DNA of 63,913 nucleotides, counting the filler, from Octopus bimaculoides (Eukaryota): the NCBI RefSeq assembly GCF_001194135.2. It is 4 parts of 4 records of this genome, joined end to end, with 100 filler letters (N's around TTAATTAATTAA, not from the genome) between each part and the next. Parts side by side here need not be neighbours in the genome. Positions count along the whole stretch, not along the records: positions 23,689 to 40,975 come from NC_068983.1; 3 more parts are not named here. One strand, 5' to 3'. The position numbers and the translations under genes were made by a program. The notes under the pieces are model-generated. The model did not search any database and was not told where the DNA came from. It saw nothing but the letters and a program-made list of their open reading frames with translations. Of the stretch, positions 26,408 through 40,122 are shown piece by piece. How positions within the stretch are numbered: the stretch's first letter is position 1; each line of letters starts with the position of its first letter.

Positions 26408-26439
26408 AAGGTGTGAACTCAAAACAACGAGGCATCAAA
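26408..26439 (-). CDS. Candidate small exon ((N)LMPRCFEFTP), phase 2 to 1
   Basis: cgctgtag acceptor and a strong CTT|gtaaga donor. It is phase-compatible with 27243-27429 and 24173-24210. Confidence 0.35.
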
Positions 26440-26504
26440 CTACAGCGATTGTAATGCAATCAGAGGGACTTACTACTTTTGTTACCATATAATAAAGAAT
26501 TATT

Positions 26505-26870
26505 ACATTGTTTGTCTTACATTTATTCTAGTCATAAGACTGTGACCATGGTGGGGCACTGTCTTAGGGTTTAATTAAACAAGTTTCCCCCAGTAATTTC
26601 TTTTTGCCAAATCTGGTACATATCCTAACGGTCTCCTTGTGCTGAACTGCTAAGCTAGGAAAATGCAAAAAAACCATCATTGGTTGTTAAGTGGTAGTGA
26701 GGGACAAACACAAACACACATACACACACACATTACAGGCTTTTTTCAGTTTCTGTCTACCAACTCTACTTACAAAGTTTTGGTTGGCCCATGGTTAGCG
26801 CCACTCAGTGGGAGTGAACCTAGAAGCATGAGGTTGGAAAGCAGACTTCTTACCACCATAGCCACACCTA
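26505..26870 (-). mobile_element. Diverged SINE, family B, antisense
   Basis: Similar to the family-B copies in this window. Confidence 0.75.
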
Positions 26871-27242
26871 AAACACAAGCCCACAAATGAAAGGAAAAGT
26901 CAAACCAAGTGGGATATGAAGCCAAAATGTAAAGAGAAACAACTAAATCTTGGAGAGCTTTCATCTAGCATGCTATTGAATGTGACTCATATATTAACAT
27001 GATGAAATAAAAAAGATTTAAAATATTCATATTATTCTTATCAGAAAACTATTTTGGTTCAACAGAATGAGTGAATGTGAGTGAATGAGAGAGCCCAAAT
27101 ATGAGAGAAAATCTTCTTTCTGTGAATGCTCATAAGAATAGTTATATCTTGAGAAGCATGACCAAATGTAGATAAATATAAGAGTGGTTGGTTGATTCTC
27201 ATTATTTATACCTAAGTCAGCTCTCCAATTATCCCATCTTAC

Positions 27243-27429
27243 TTCAGGTAAAGTGTATCATGAAGTACATTATCAAATGAGTCTTTCCTCCTTGTTAAGA
27301 TAATGATTTGAAATTTGAGATAGGTTTCATTATTATTTCTAGCAAATGGAATGACCACCGTATAGAGTCCTCCTTCATTGACTTGAAGTTGTGGGTTCTG
27401 AGATAGGTTATTCACTTCACAGGTGGAAA
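27243..27429 (-). CDS. Candidate internal exon (STCEVNNLSQNPQLQVNEGGLYTVVIPFARNNNETYLKFQIIILTRRKDSFDNVLHDTLYL), phase 1 to 2; it may begin as far up as about 27583
   Basis: gatctcacag acceptor, AA|gtaaga donor, 61 open non-repetitive codons inside ORF 27239-27589. The other two frames are closed. Confidence 0.6.
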
Positions 27430-27882
27430 CTGTGAGATCAATAACATGCAAATGAAATAATACAGAAACATATGAAAGCAGTATGTGAAATGAAAGATTG
27501 CAAGAAACAGGTTTTGGTCTATTAGTTGCTTTAAAGAATTTCCATGCATTTGTGTTTTCAAGGATAACATAGGTTTTATAAACCTGCATATATAGGTATT
27601 TGCTATGGATTATTTGAACAGGTCCTTATACACATGAATAGAGTTTCTTAACACTAACCACTGATCCTTGAAGTCAAAGTTGTATAGATTTTTCTGATAA
27701 ATTAACTGAGGCAAGTAGATTAAAGAGCCTTATCAAAAAACACAACAGCTTATAGTTAAAATCAACATCCTATAGTTAAGTATTTGCCAGCATTCCTTCA
27801 TGTATTCATGAGGAAGATACATCCATCATGAAAATAATTGAGGTTATAAGTTTTAGCAGCTCTAAATGGATAAATGGCATTC

Positions 27883-27937
<55 letters not shown>

Positions 27938-27963
27938 TGTGTGTGTGTATACATACATATATA

Positions 27964-28826
27964 CAGAGTGTGATGGGTAAATTGTTGCCATTTGATATTT
28001 TTAATTTTGTGTATTCACATTGTTTGTTTTTGATTTTGTCGACTACACAGTATAGTAGGGTCAGTTGGGCACCATCTGTGAGGAAAGCAGCACCACGACG
28101 CAATTCACTCTGCCAGGAATTTGGAAACGACATGCTGTACTGCTTGGCATTTGTGCTAGAAGCTCCAATACAAAGTGCTGGAAACTCCAATATGGACATG
28201 TACCGAGCATGATCAAAATTAAATGTTCAGTCAACATCATGGTGTTTGGAGTGATCACTAATGATGGTGACGTTATGCTTCCATTCATATTCCCACACAG
28301 TCTCACACTCAACATGGCAGCCTACATCAAGTGCCTGGAGGAGGTAGTGCTGTCCTGGCTCAAGAGGGTGGCTGCTAGAAGACCCTATGTCTGGTAACAT
28401 GACTCTGCACCATGCCACACAAGCAGGAGAACCTAGTCATGGCTGTCAGACAATTTCTGCGACCACATCACCCCTAACATCTGGCCACCTAACTCCCCAG
28501 ACTGCAACCCCTTTGATTATTATATGTGGGGCACAGCTGAGTGAAAGATCAACGAAACTCTTTGTAACACCAAAGGTCAACTGAAGGCAAGGATTATGGC
28601 AGCATTCACCAACTTAAACAAGGAGACCGTCTAGAAGAGTTTCAGGAAATTCCAAAGTGGTCTGGAGGCCATGGTTGAAGCCAATGGGGATGTTATTGAA
28701 TAAACTTACTCTTTAGTATTTCAAGATATTTTTATGTAATTTTGGTAAATATATCTGTTAAAATGAGATGTCAGTGTTATTTTCCTTTTTGCGTAATTAA
28801 GACTACAGTTTATTCATTGCACCCTG
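27964..28826 (+). mobile_element. Internally deleted Tc1/mariner element, DD37D (maT-type) transposase relic
   Basis: Degenerate TIRs (cagagtgtgatgggtaaa / tttattcattgcaccctg) with TA on both sides. Translation W*HDSAPCHTSRRT*SWLSDNFCDHITPNIWPPNSPDCNPFDY has 37 residues between the last two Asp. Confidence 0.9.
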
Positions 28827-29059
28827 TACATGTATGTACACATACATATATACATATATGTACCCCACCCCTGACACACACATATGTATATGTAATCAAA
28901 TGAATAATAACATACGGTAGATAATTGTCAGCTCATTATGGCTGTTTCTTATGTAACTTCTTATAGAAGAATGGGAACATTACATCATTATAAAAGACGA
29001 TAATCATCAGATGAGAAGTAATTTTTACAAAATAAAAGAATATCCAGGAATACAGCATA

Positions 29060-29113
<54 letters not shown>

Positions 29114-29289
29114 TACATATATATAAATACATACACATACACACACACATATATACATACACACACATACGTATATATACATACATATGTATGTACATAT
29201 ACATATATTTATACCTATATACATGTATCTATCTATCTATCTATATACATATATGCACATATACATACATAAATGTACATATATACATG

Positions 29290-29320
<31 letters not shown>

Positions 29321-29514
29321 ATATATATATATATATATATAATAAATAATATATAAGTATATGCATATATATATAAATTAATATACAAGTATATGCATAT
29401 ATTACCTATACATACACACACTCACACACACATACAAGAATACCAAAAAGTAATGTTGCATTTCATGTAATGACTTTAAATCATCATAAAACATATTGTA
29501 AATATATCTATTCA

Positions 29515-30400
29515 TTCAAAATATAATCGCTGTTGTTAGCAATAACATTTTCCTACTGCAAAACCAGTTTTCTGATTCCTCAGGCAAAAAAATCAGGTTC
29601 TTTAGAAGAGAAAAATATTTGGTGTGTCGTTTTTGACAATCGTCCTTGCTTTTGAATATTTATCTGCAGGTAAATAAACATTATTATGTTGTATGATGAC
29701 TCCCTTCCTGCGAACAAGAGCTGATTGTGTTTTGAACAAAACTTGATTAACATGTTCCAAGTTGTTGACAATAAAGTTGTGCAGTGATGCTTTTCCCTTA
29801 TTCCAATAATTCAAAGTGAACAATACTTATTATATTCCATCAAATGTGCAAAAATATCTTCCTTGGGTGTTGCTCTGGTTTGGATATTAAAACAGGATTT
29901 TAAAATGACCTTAGCTACTGCTTTTAAGGTTTTTTGTTGGTATAATCTTTCAATTACTCATCACCTGCTACAATTTGATTAAGAAAAGGTGTTTGTTCAC
30001 GCTTGATTAGGAAATTGTTACAAATTGTTAAACACTCTAGTTTATTCTTGGAGTGCAATTCATAAGGTACCTACTTCTTTTCTCTATACACTTTCTCAAT
30101 ATTCTTCAGATGACCTTGTCCACAGGATGTTTATTTAGCTTCCAGGACAAATCACCAATAGTTTGAAGCTGGTCCTCTTCAACTGTTGTTTCCAGAACAA
30201 TAAATCTTTCTGATTTATGCCCATCCAATAGAACTAAATCACCACTTTTGAATTTTTAAACCACTTTTGGCATTCCAGAAACACAGTACATATGTCTTGC
30301 CTTGCACATGTTGCATTGTGGTCTTGGCAAAATATGTAAAGAATGCAATGCTGAATATACAGATCACTGAAGTCTTGATCTTCCATGGGCTAATTGAAGA
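29515..30400 (-). mobile_element. Heavily decayed mariner transposase
   Basis: Minus translations give MEDQD..HCILYIF..NAT..ICTV, CQKWFK..SGDL, PFLNQIVAGDE, RRKGVIIQHNN and VIANNSDYI. Confidence 0.75.
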
Positions 30401-30597
30401 GAACATATAAACACACTGTGTGTTAACACTAATATTTGGTTATTGCCTTTATGTTGGTTGATTGGTTGGTTGGCCACAAGGGGAGCTTTTATTGGCTTGT
30501 AAACTATTTGCTGATATGATGTCAGACTAGTTGCTTGAAAATACAATATTACTCATCTGTACCTCAATAGACACACACACACACATGCACACACAAA

Positions 30598-30653
<56 letters not shown>

Positions 30654-30680
30654 CATATATACTTNNNNNNNNNNATATAC

Positions 30681-30743
<63 letters not shown>

Positions 30744-31384
30744 CATATATACTTACACATATAGACATATGCACGCACACACACACATACCCATATATAT
30801 GTGTGAGACTATCATCATCATCAACATCATCATCACCATCATTTATTCCTCATCTTTCATGTTGGCAAGAGTTGAATAACTTGACAGGGTCCAATAAGTC
30901 AGAGGACTATATTGAGCTTCAAGTGTCTGCTTTGGTAGGATTTCTATGGCTGGATGCCTTTCTAATACCAACCCCTTTACAGATTGTATTTATTGCTTTA
31001 TTTTTGTTCTATGACACTAGCATTAGCGAGGTTACTAAGAAATTCTAAAGGCAAAGAGAAAGACTCCTTGATTGGTGAAGTTGCTGTAGAAAGGGAAATG
31101 GCTTTATTCCAGGTATGACAGAGAGACAGGTACAAGTGATACATGGCTACCCTACATTATATAAGGATGGGAGGGAGTAGCATGAATGAAAACAATGATG
31201 GTGGTGATACAGTATCAGTGCATACTCTAAAAATATAAAACAGTGAATATAATAGAGAATAAGAATGAGGACAAAAAATTAGAAAGGTGGGGTGGATATG
31301 TCTGTAAAGGTGCAGGCTAGGCCACCAATATCAAGGTGGGGGTTAGACTATTCCATTAATTTCTGTGCTTAAAAGATAGCTATT

Positions 31385-31510
31385 TTATTGACCCTGAAAG
31401 AGAAAAGGCAAAGGTGACTACGAGAAAATTTGAACTCAGAATGTAACGAGCTGGAAGACTTGCTAGTAAGCATTTTGTCTCATGAGCTAATGGTTCCTCC
31501 AGCTTACTGC
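31385..31510 (-). mobile_element. Family-A SINE, antisense, partial
   Basis: attgaccctgaaagagaaaaggcaaaggtgac...tttgaactcagaatgtaacg. Confidence 0.75.
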
Positions 31511-32381
31511 CTTAATATATATACATGTATATATAGACTTACAGACATACATATACATATGTACACACACACACACATCGATCAAATGATCGAATTATCC
31601 ATTTACTTTGCTATTTATTTATCGAATATGTGTCCATACATATGTAAAACTACGACATGGCACAGGATTTTGGGTTTGCGCGCACACACACACACACTCA
31701 TACACACATATAATCATTATCTTATCTTGATTATCACTTATTATCATTATTCAAATTTTAAATCCTCATTTAGTGGATCCTTTTCAAGATGAGCGTCTAA
31801 TTAATAAGCTAAAGAATCCGCTCCAGAAAACCATCTTTGAAACAACCACAGACTAATTAAAAATTATTTGGCATTATTAGACTTGCAGAATTTAATCCTG
31901 CATTTCATTTATATTTCTATTAGTTTGATGCAAATTGGAATTAGCAATCGCATAATTAAGGTACTTAATCTAATCCTATTGTAAGATTAAGTGTCAAGTA
32001 GAATCAAAGAATTAAAAACAGTACTGCAAACATGGAGGTAATGGGACGGAAACTGTCAAATTGTTGTGGTAGGTTTTCAGAAAACTCGTATAAAAATATC
32101 CATTCATACATCTCATATAAACAAACACCTTTCTGCTTTTACACCCACACAGACACCCACACAAACATACACACACACAAACATACACACATGCCTACAC
32201 TCTCTCTCACACACGTTTACATATGTAACACATGCTTATAAAAACAAATGTAGATGTGCATACATATTTATATGCCTATGTAGATATGTGAGGGATGTTC
32301 ATGTGTATGCATGTGTGTGCACGCATGTGTGTGTATGTAGAAGATTGTCTTTTATATAAAGAATAAGAATGGATATATTTA

Positions 32382-32431
<50 letters not shown>

Positions 32432-32499
32432 AACTCCAACCACTATGTATAAGTATGCATATATACATATATATATATTTATATATATATATATATATA

Positions 32500-33118
32500 T
32501 ATACTCTTTACTCTTTTACTTGTTTCAGTCATTTGACTGTGGCTATGCTGGAGCACCACCTTTAGTCGAGCAAATCAACCCCAGGACTTATTCTTTGGAA
32601 GCCTAGTACTTATTCTATCAGTCTCTTTTGCTGAACCGCTAGATTACGGGGACGTAAACACACCAGCATCGGTTGTCAAGCGATGTTGGGGGACAAACAC
32701 AGACACATAAGCACATATATATATATACATANNNNNNNNNNNNNNNNNNNNNNNNNNNNNNNNNNNNNNNNNNNNNNNNNNNNNNNNNNNNNNNNNNNNN
32801 NNNNNNNNNNNNNNNNNNNNNNNNNNNNNNNNNNNNNNNNNNNNNNNNNNNNNNNNNNNNNNNNNNNNNNNNNNNNNNNNNNNNNNNNNNNNNNNNNNNN
32901 NNNNNNNNNNNNNNNNNNNNNNNNNNNNNNNNNNNNNNNNNNNNNNNNNNNNNNNNNNNNNNNNNNNNNNNNNNNNNNNNNNNNNNNNNNNNNNNNNNNN
33001 NNNNNNNNNNNNNNNNNNNNNNNNNNNNNNNNNNNNNNNNNNNNNNNNNNNNNNNNNNNNNNNNNNNNNNNNNNNNNNNNNNNNNNNNNNGAGAGAGAGA
33101 GAGGGAGAGAGAGAGATA

Positions 33119-33162
<44 letters not shown>

Positions 33163-34156
33163 GTGAGAGAGACTGGTACACAAACATATATGCATGAATT
33201 AAATATGTATGAATGCCTTGGCTAAGGGATACTTTTCAAAAGGGAGTTGGATGGATTGCACCTGTAATACAAATGCACAACTTTGTTACCTCCATCTCAT
33301 AGTGCAATCCCTCATGCACTAGCATGGAGCTGATACACCCTTCACTCCACAGAGCTTGTAGTACTGCAAGCTGCATAGTGACCTTAATAGTGCAGGTGGG
33401 ATGAAAAAAAGCACCGAGTTCATGCAGTAATGTGGTTGGCAGAGAAATCATGCCAGAGTAGGTATTGGAGAATGATGCAGTCCTTGGACATATCGGATCC
33501 TATCAAAGCATTTGACCCATAGCTACATGGAACACAAATATTAATGAGAATGAAGACGATTTGTCACACCAACTGTGTCCTGGAATTAAGGTACAGGTAC
33601 GTGTGGCTGAGGACTACTCATGCACTAAAAGATGGCCAGATGTTAGGGGTGATGTGGTTGCAGAAATTGTCTGACAGCCATCATTGGGTTCTCCTGCTTG
33701 TGTTGCATGGTGCAGATCTTGTTGCCAGACATAGGGTCTTCCAGCAGCCACTCCCTTGGGCCAGTGCAGCACTACTTCCTCCAGGCACTTGATGTAGGGA
33801 AGATGAATGGATGCATAGTGTCGCCATCACTAGTGATCACTCCAAACACCATGATGTTGACTGGATGTTTGATTTTTATCGCTCTTGGTACATGACCTCA
33901 GATTGCATTGTCCTCAGATTGGCACCCAAACACTCTGAAATGTTTGTATTGGAACTTCTAGAGCAACTGCCAAGAAGTACAGCATGTTGTTTCCAAATTT
34001 CTGGCAGAGTGAAATATGTCATGGTGGTGTTCTTCTCACAGACGGTGCCCAACTGACCCCACTATACTGTGTAGTTGACAAAATAAAATTAAACAATGCG
34101 CATGCGTGAAATTAAAAATATAAAATGGTGACAATTTACCCATTGCACCATGTATA

Positions 34157-34197
<41 letters not shown>

Positions 34198-34510
34198 GTG
34201 CATATATGACTGGCTGCTTCCAGTTTGTCAACCATTTTCTGTCTCTCATCAGTCTACCAAGTTAGTTCTCAACTTGCAGCTATCATGTACATACATACAT
34301 AAGCACACGCACATTTATATCCATAAACACGCACGCACACTCACACGATGGGTTCCTTTCAGTTTCTGTCTACCAAATCTACTCATAAGGCTTTGGTTAG
34401 CCTAAGGATACGGTACAAAACATTAGCCCAACAGGTCATGCAGTGAGTCTGAACCCAGAACCTTGTGGTTGGGAAGCAAGCTTCTTACTATGCAGACATG
34501 CTTGCACCTA
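32500..34510 (-). mobile_element. Family-B SINE halves (32500-32730 and 34350-34510) enclosing a gap, (GA)n, unknown DNA and a maT fragment
   Basis: The 3' and 5' halves are in the same orientation and in the correct order around about 1.6 kb of intervening DNA. Confidence 0.6.
33635..34152 (-). mobile_element. Second copy of the DD37D/maT deletion derivative, 3'-truncated
   Basis: Reverse complement of about 27964-28490. The TIR catggtgcaatgggtaaa is at 34135-34152. Confidence 0.85.
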
Positions 34511-35221
34511 CATCATGAAAAAAAAAAAAAAAAAAAAGAATTGTAGAATATCTTATGATGAATCTTGTGAAAAGTGGTTTGCCAGTGCATCTCGTTGAAT
34601 TTGAGATCAAAGAAAAATATAGTTACCGAGAGGTTAAATATTATTTATTAAGACCAACATCATCAGCAGCAGTAGTAAGAACAATACATATTTCAAAGAT
34701 GCTTTCTATATTTTCTACCCTCTGCAATGTGTAGAAGTATCTTTCATTACATGGCGCCGACGTTACCATATTACTGATTATTTATTGTGACAGACAAGAG
34801 CATGAAAAATAAATGTAATAAAACAGTCAACCAGCACTCTATTATTAATCATAATAATCCAAATCATTGTATTAAGATTTCGTCATCTTTGCACTGAGTC
34901 AGAAATTTTTGGGTAATTAGGTTCATTTAATTCAGTTGACATCAGTACGTCCATCCTTCCCCCCAACAAAAGATAAAGATAAGCCCAACATTTGTAGAAT
35001 TTTACATGCAATAATAGAAATAGTGATTTTTTTTCTTTCTTTTTCAACATAGATATAATAACACTTTAGACATACAGGTAAGTAAAGTTATGCAATTGTG
35101 GTGTTGATACAGATTCTCTTCTGATGGAAATACAATAATAAAAAAAAAGAGTAATAATTAAAACCTAAAACTTTTACGAGTCAGAATTTGATAGATAGAT
35201 AGATAGGTAGATAGATAGATG

Positions 35222-35925
35222 GATTTATTAAACCATGCAGGGCCAAACACAGAAGGGACAATACAATGTAGAAATCTTCTTTTCAAAACCGATCAATAGG
35301 AATCAAAAACGTTTTGGGATGTGTATACAAAGAGATAACAAGGTAACGTTTTAACAACAGAAATTCACAAACGGGGAAGAAAATATAACACTGACTAGGG
35401 TTATCCATGGGAAGAAAAACCTACGGAAAAGAACCATGTTCAAAGTGGGTTCATCATTCATGCGTACCCACCTTTTATTAAACTTTTTATTAGACAAAAC
35501 TTCCCTCTCTACTTTCACTTTCTTTTTCAAGTGATACTTGAAAAAGTTGAGAGGTTGGCCAAAGAGGAAAGTATTTGTCTCTAAGCCTTTCAAATGAGTC
35601 CACCATACACATTCTTTCACCATAGCCACCAGTACAATGAAAACTGCTTTGCCTTCCCAGTTAAAGGAAGGTGGTAGGGTAATATTTATGATAGACTCGG
35701 TTGCCAACCGGACTCATCCCACACATGACAGCAGTCATTCAACATAGGGCCACAGGTCTGGAATATTTGGACATTGCATGAGTGCATGCAGAATGGGTTC
35801 ATCATTCTGACTGCATCTTAGGCAGGCTGGTTCAGTGTTTCTTGAACCGTGTCTGTAGACCTTATCTTGAATGGGCAATGCTCTCAGATAGCACTGCCAG
35901 GCCAGTGGATAAGGTGGAAAAGGTA
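35222..35925 (-). mobile_element. Tx1/L1-type LINE 3' end (ORF2 zinc knuckle and 3' UTR) flanked by (GATA)-type repeats
   Basis: Minus translation CYLRALPIQDKVYRHG...ACLRCSQNDEPILHALMQCP contains C-x2-C-x8-H-x4-C. It is followed by GKAVFIVLVAMVKECVWWT..FFKYHLKKKVKVER..FNKRW. Confidence 0.8.
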
Positions 35926-36189
35926 GATAGATAGATAGGTAGGTAGACAGATAGGTAGATAGCTATCCCAACCATTCCTGTTCATTGTTTCATTGTTAAT
36001 TTCACATTGTGAAATGCCCCACCTCCACTTCTACTATCACAAAGAATCAACACTGAGAAAGCCTCTCATTTCACAGTATGGCACTGAAAAATATCATGGC
36101 AATAATAATAATAATAATAACAACAATTATAATAATAATAATAATAATAAAAATGATAATAATAGTAATCCTTTCTGTTATAGACACAA

Positions 36190-36388
36190 GGCCTGAAATT
36201 TTTGGGGAGGGGACTAGTTGATTACATCGACCCTAATACTTGACTGGTACTTCATTTATTGACCCGAAAAAGGATGAAAGGCATAGTCGACCTTGGCGGA
36301 ATATGAACTCAGAACATAAAAATGGACGAACTGTTGCTAAGTATTCTGCCTGGCATGTTAATAGTTCTGCTAGCTTGCCATTTTAATA

Positions 36389-36447
<59 letters not shown>

Positions 36448-36826
36448 CCTTCTCCTATAGGTACAAGGTCTGAAACTTTCGGGGAGGTGATAAGTTAATT
36501 ACACTGACCCCAGTGCATAACTGGTACTTATTTTATTGACCACAAAACGATGAAAGGCAAAGTAGACTTCAGCGAATTTGAACTCATAAAGATGGATGAA
36601 ATGTTGCTAAGCATTTTACCTGGCATGCTAATGATTGTGTCAGCTCACCACCTGAGGGGGCTAGTTGATTACATTGACCCTCAGCGTTCAACTGGTACTT
36701 ATCTCAACCCCAAGAGTTTGAAAGGCAAAGTAAATCTCAGCTAAATTTGAACTCAGAACATAGCAACGAGTGAAATGCCACTATGCATTTCATCCAGCAT
36801 GCTGATGATTCTGCCAACTAGCCGCC

Positions 36827-36877
<51 letters not shown>

Positions 36878-37150
36878 TTAATAATAATAGTTTCAAATTT
36901 TGCCACAATTTTAGGGAGGGGATACATCGACCCCAGCTTTCAACTGGTACTTATTTTTATCAACCCTGAAAGCATGAAAGGCAAAGTTGACCTCAGCGGA
37001 ATTTGAACTCACAATGGAGCGATGGGCAAAATACCACTAAGCATTTTGTCCAGCATGCTAACGATTTTGCCAGCTCACTTTGCCTTTCATCCTTTTAGGG
37101 TCGATAAATGAAGTACTGGGGTCGATGTAATCAACTAGTCCCCTCCCACA
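36190..37150 (-). mobile_element. Array of four antisense family-A SINEs, partly spaced by (AAT)n, plus one abutting sense fragment (37078-37150)
   Basis: The motif gaaaggcaaagt.gacctc.gc..aatttgaactca appears four times, then the inverted ctttgcctttcatcc. Confidence 0.85.
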
Positions 37151-37600
37151 AAACGTCAGTAACTTGCTAAATCAACATAAACCATTCATTTTGAAAGGGA
37201 GTTAGATATATGCAGTTGATCTCTGCATATAACAGAAATAGGACTTTGGAAAAGATATGGTCAGCTTTGTAAGGGAGAGGAATCGAAGAACATTTGAGTC
37301 CAGATTATTACAATAAAAAATAAAAGTTCATAATGTCCGCTTCCTGTTCTATGGCTGATTGATTAGCAATAGGAAGGGTACTGAACAGTAAAAAAATATA
37401 TATTTCCACAAAAATTTATTCTACTCATGCAAGAAAAAAAAAACAGATTTTAAACAGTGTAGAAAAAAAAAACTGCTTCTAGTCCAGCTCACTATGATTG
37501 TGCAATCTCCACCATTCTTAATATTTAACATAAAAATAATAACAATAATAATAAAAATAGATAAATAATAATAATAATAATGGGTAATAATAATAATAAC

Positions 37601-37674
<74 letters not shown>

Positions 37675-38379
37675 GATAACAAAAATTATTATTAATGGTA
37701 ATGGCTCTAATGATGTAAATAACAATAAGAAGATATATACGACATGAAAGTAAATTAAAGTTCAAAGAATTGTGGAAAAGATTTGATGGTATATGGTGGT
37801 GGTGAAGGTAGTGGTAGCGGTGGTGATATTGGTGGTGGTGGTGGTGGTGGTGGTGGTGGTGGTAGAGGGCAAAAATCATTGTAAAGAGAATGGAGAGACA
37901 GTAAAGAAAAATTAAATATCTTACCTTTGAGTAATCATTTCTGAAATTCAAGAGGTAACCTTGTAGGGGGGAAGGGCGTTATAAGAATCTTGGAGTGAAA
38001 TGTATCTGTAGGTCAGATGAATAAGAATTTAAACAAAGTGCCAACATAAAGGTCAGTTAGAAATATAAATAGTAAACAGAGAAAATTAGAATACTTTAGC
38101 ATTTATAATAATGATTTTGTTTAACGATGCTGATGATATTAGGAAAATAATAATGATTATGGTAATTTTGTTTTGTGTAAAGACAAGGTTTATTTTCATA
38201 GAACCAAGCAAGAGAGTTGATATTTTGTGTGTGTATTGTAGTTAGTTTTAATGATTCCCAGGAGGAGTTAAGGAGATTTTTATATGAATTAACTCAGAGT
38301 AGTAAACTACTTAAGACAGTGCTATAAGGCATCATTTCAAGAAATACTATCTGTCACTTCCATCATTATGCTAATGTTC

Positions 38380-38448
38380 ATAACATACAAAAAAAAAACC
38401 CCTCAAATATAATTATATATGCATGTGTACATTTAAGTATGTGTGTGG

Positions 38449-38506
<58 letters not shown>

Positions 38507-38565
38507 CACGCACACACATGTACACATATATATGTATACAGACAGATAGATACATATGCATACGA

Positions 38566-38603
<38 letters not shown>

Positions 38604-38945
38604 ATTAAAATACCTACAAACATTGTTATTGTTGCAACGTTGTGTACAAGTTACATTTGTAGGCATTACAATATACCCACACACATTTTCTTATATATCT
38701 ATAAAACTGTTTTAAAACTCTATGTAATTCTTTTATAAATAGTATACATATATACAAGTGTGTGTGTCAATATCATGCTTCCACACACATACACACACAT
38801 AAATATATTATATATGTGTATTTCATATACATATATATATGTGCACAAACATAAATATACATACACACACACACACATATATATATATATACCATCACAC
38901 ATTTACTTATATATATTTATATATAAGCATGTTTGTGTGTATATG

Positions 38946-39034
<89 letters not shown>

Positions 39035-39602
39035 TTGTATATATGTCTGCACATAAGCAAATGTTTATACGTACACACACACACACAAAGGTTTGGGGAA
39101 ACAAACAGGAGCATTGAAACTTGATCAATATGAGTACATTTAAGTATATTTTAAAATCAGCAGCAAACATACATAAGGTCAACATCTTTATGCATTGCAC
39201 TAATAACACTAAACTAACAGTTATGAATTTATTCTATGTGTATGTATGTATGTATGTTGGTATGTTTTCATGCATGTGTCCTGCATTATATATATCACTC
39301 TGTACCTATCTACACATATATCAGTGTGTGTATATGTATGTGTCTATAAATATCCATCCATCTATCCATCCATCCATAATACATACATACATACACACAT
39401 ACATGTGTATATACATATACATGCAGACACTCAAGCACATGTGTGTGTTCCCTACACAAATATATGCAGAGGCATCTGTACATACATAGGTACACATACA
39501 TATGTATACATACATATATACCATCACACGTTTACTTAAATATATTTCTATATAAGCAGGTTTGCGTGTATGTATGTGTGTGTATACATATAAAAATATG
39601 TA

Positions 39603-39643
<41 letters not shown>

Positions 39644-39978
39644 GTACGTATAAGTATATGTGCATGTGTGTGACTGTGTATGTATATATATAATATATGT
39701 ATATACACGTTTATATATATATATATACATACACATATACACACACACACACATATATATACATACACATTTATTTGTGCATATACATGTGCATACATAT
39801 ATGTATATTTATACATATTTATATATATGTGTAAGCATACATATATAAATAAAAACGTATATGCATACAGGTGTATATAAAAAAATAAGTGTGAGTATAT
39901 ATAATTGCAAAAATGCATATACACACATATATATATGTGCACACAAATATGCAAATACATACATATATATACATATAA

Positions 39979-40031
<53 letters not shown>

Positions 40032-40076
40032 TGTATTTACATACACATTAACATTATATACACAGACATGCAAATT

Positions 40077-40122
<46 letters not shown>

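Noticed and set aside
23896-27429. Resemblance of DSFDNVLHDTLY and LDQDVDIFMTG to the C9orf72 C-terminus
   Set aside because: It is a short match from memory and the flanking residues do not align, so no gene symbol was assigned.
37421-37951. 176-aa ORF with poly-His, poly-Leu and poly-Ile
   Set aside because: It is built from (GGT)n and (AAT)n microsatellites and has no recognisable domain.
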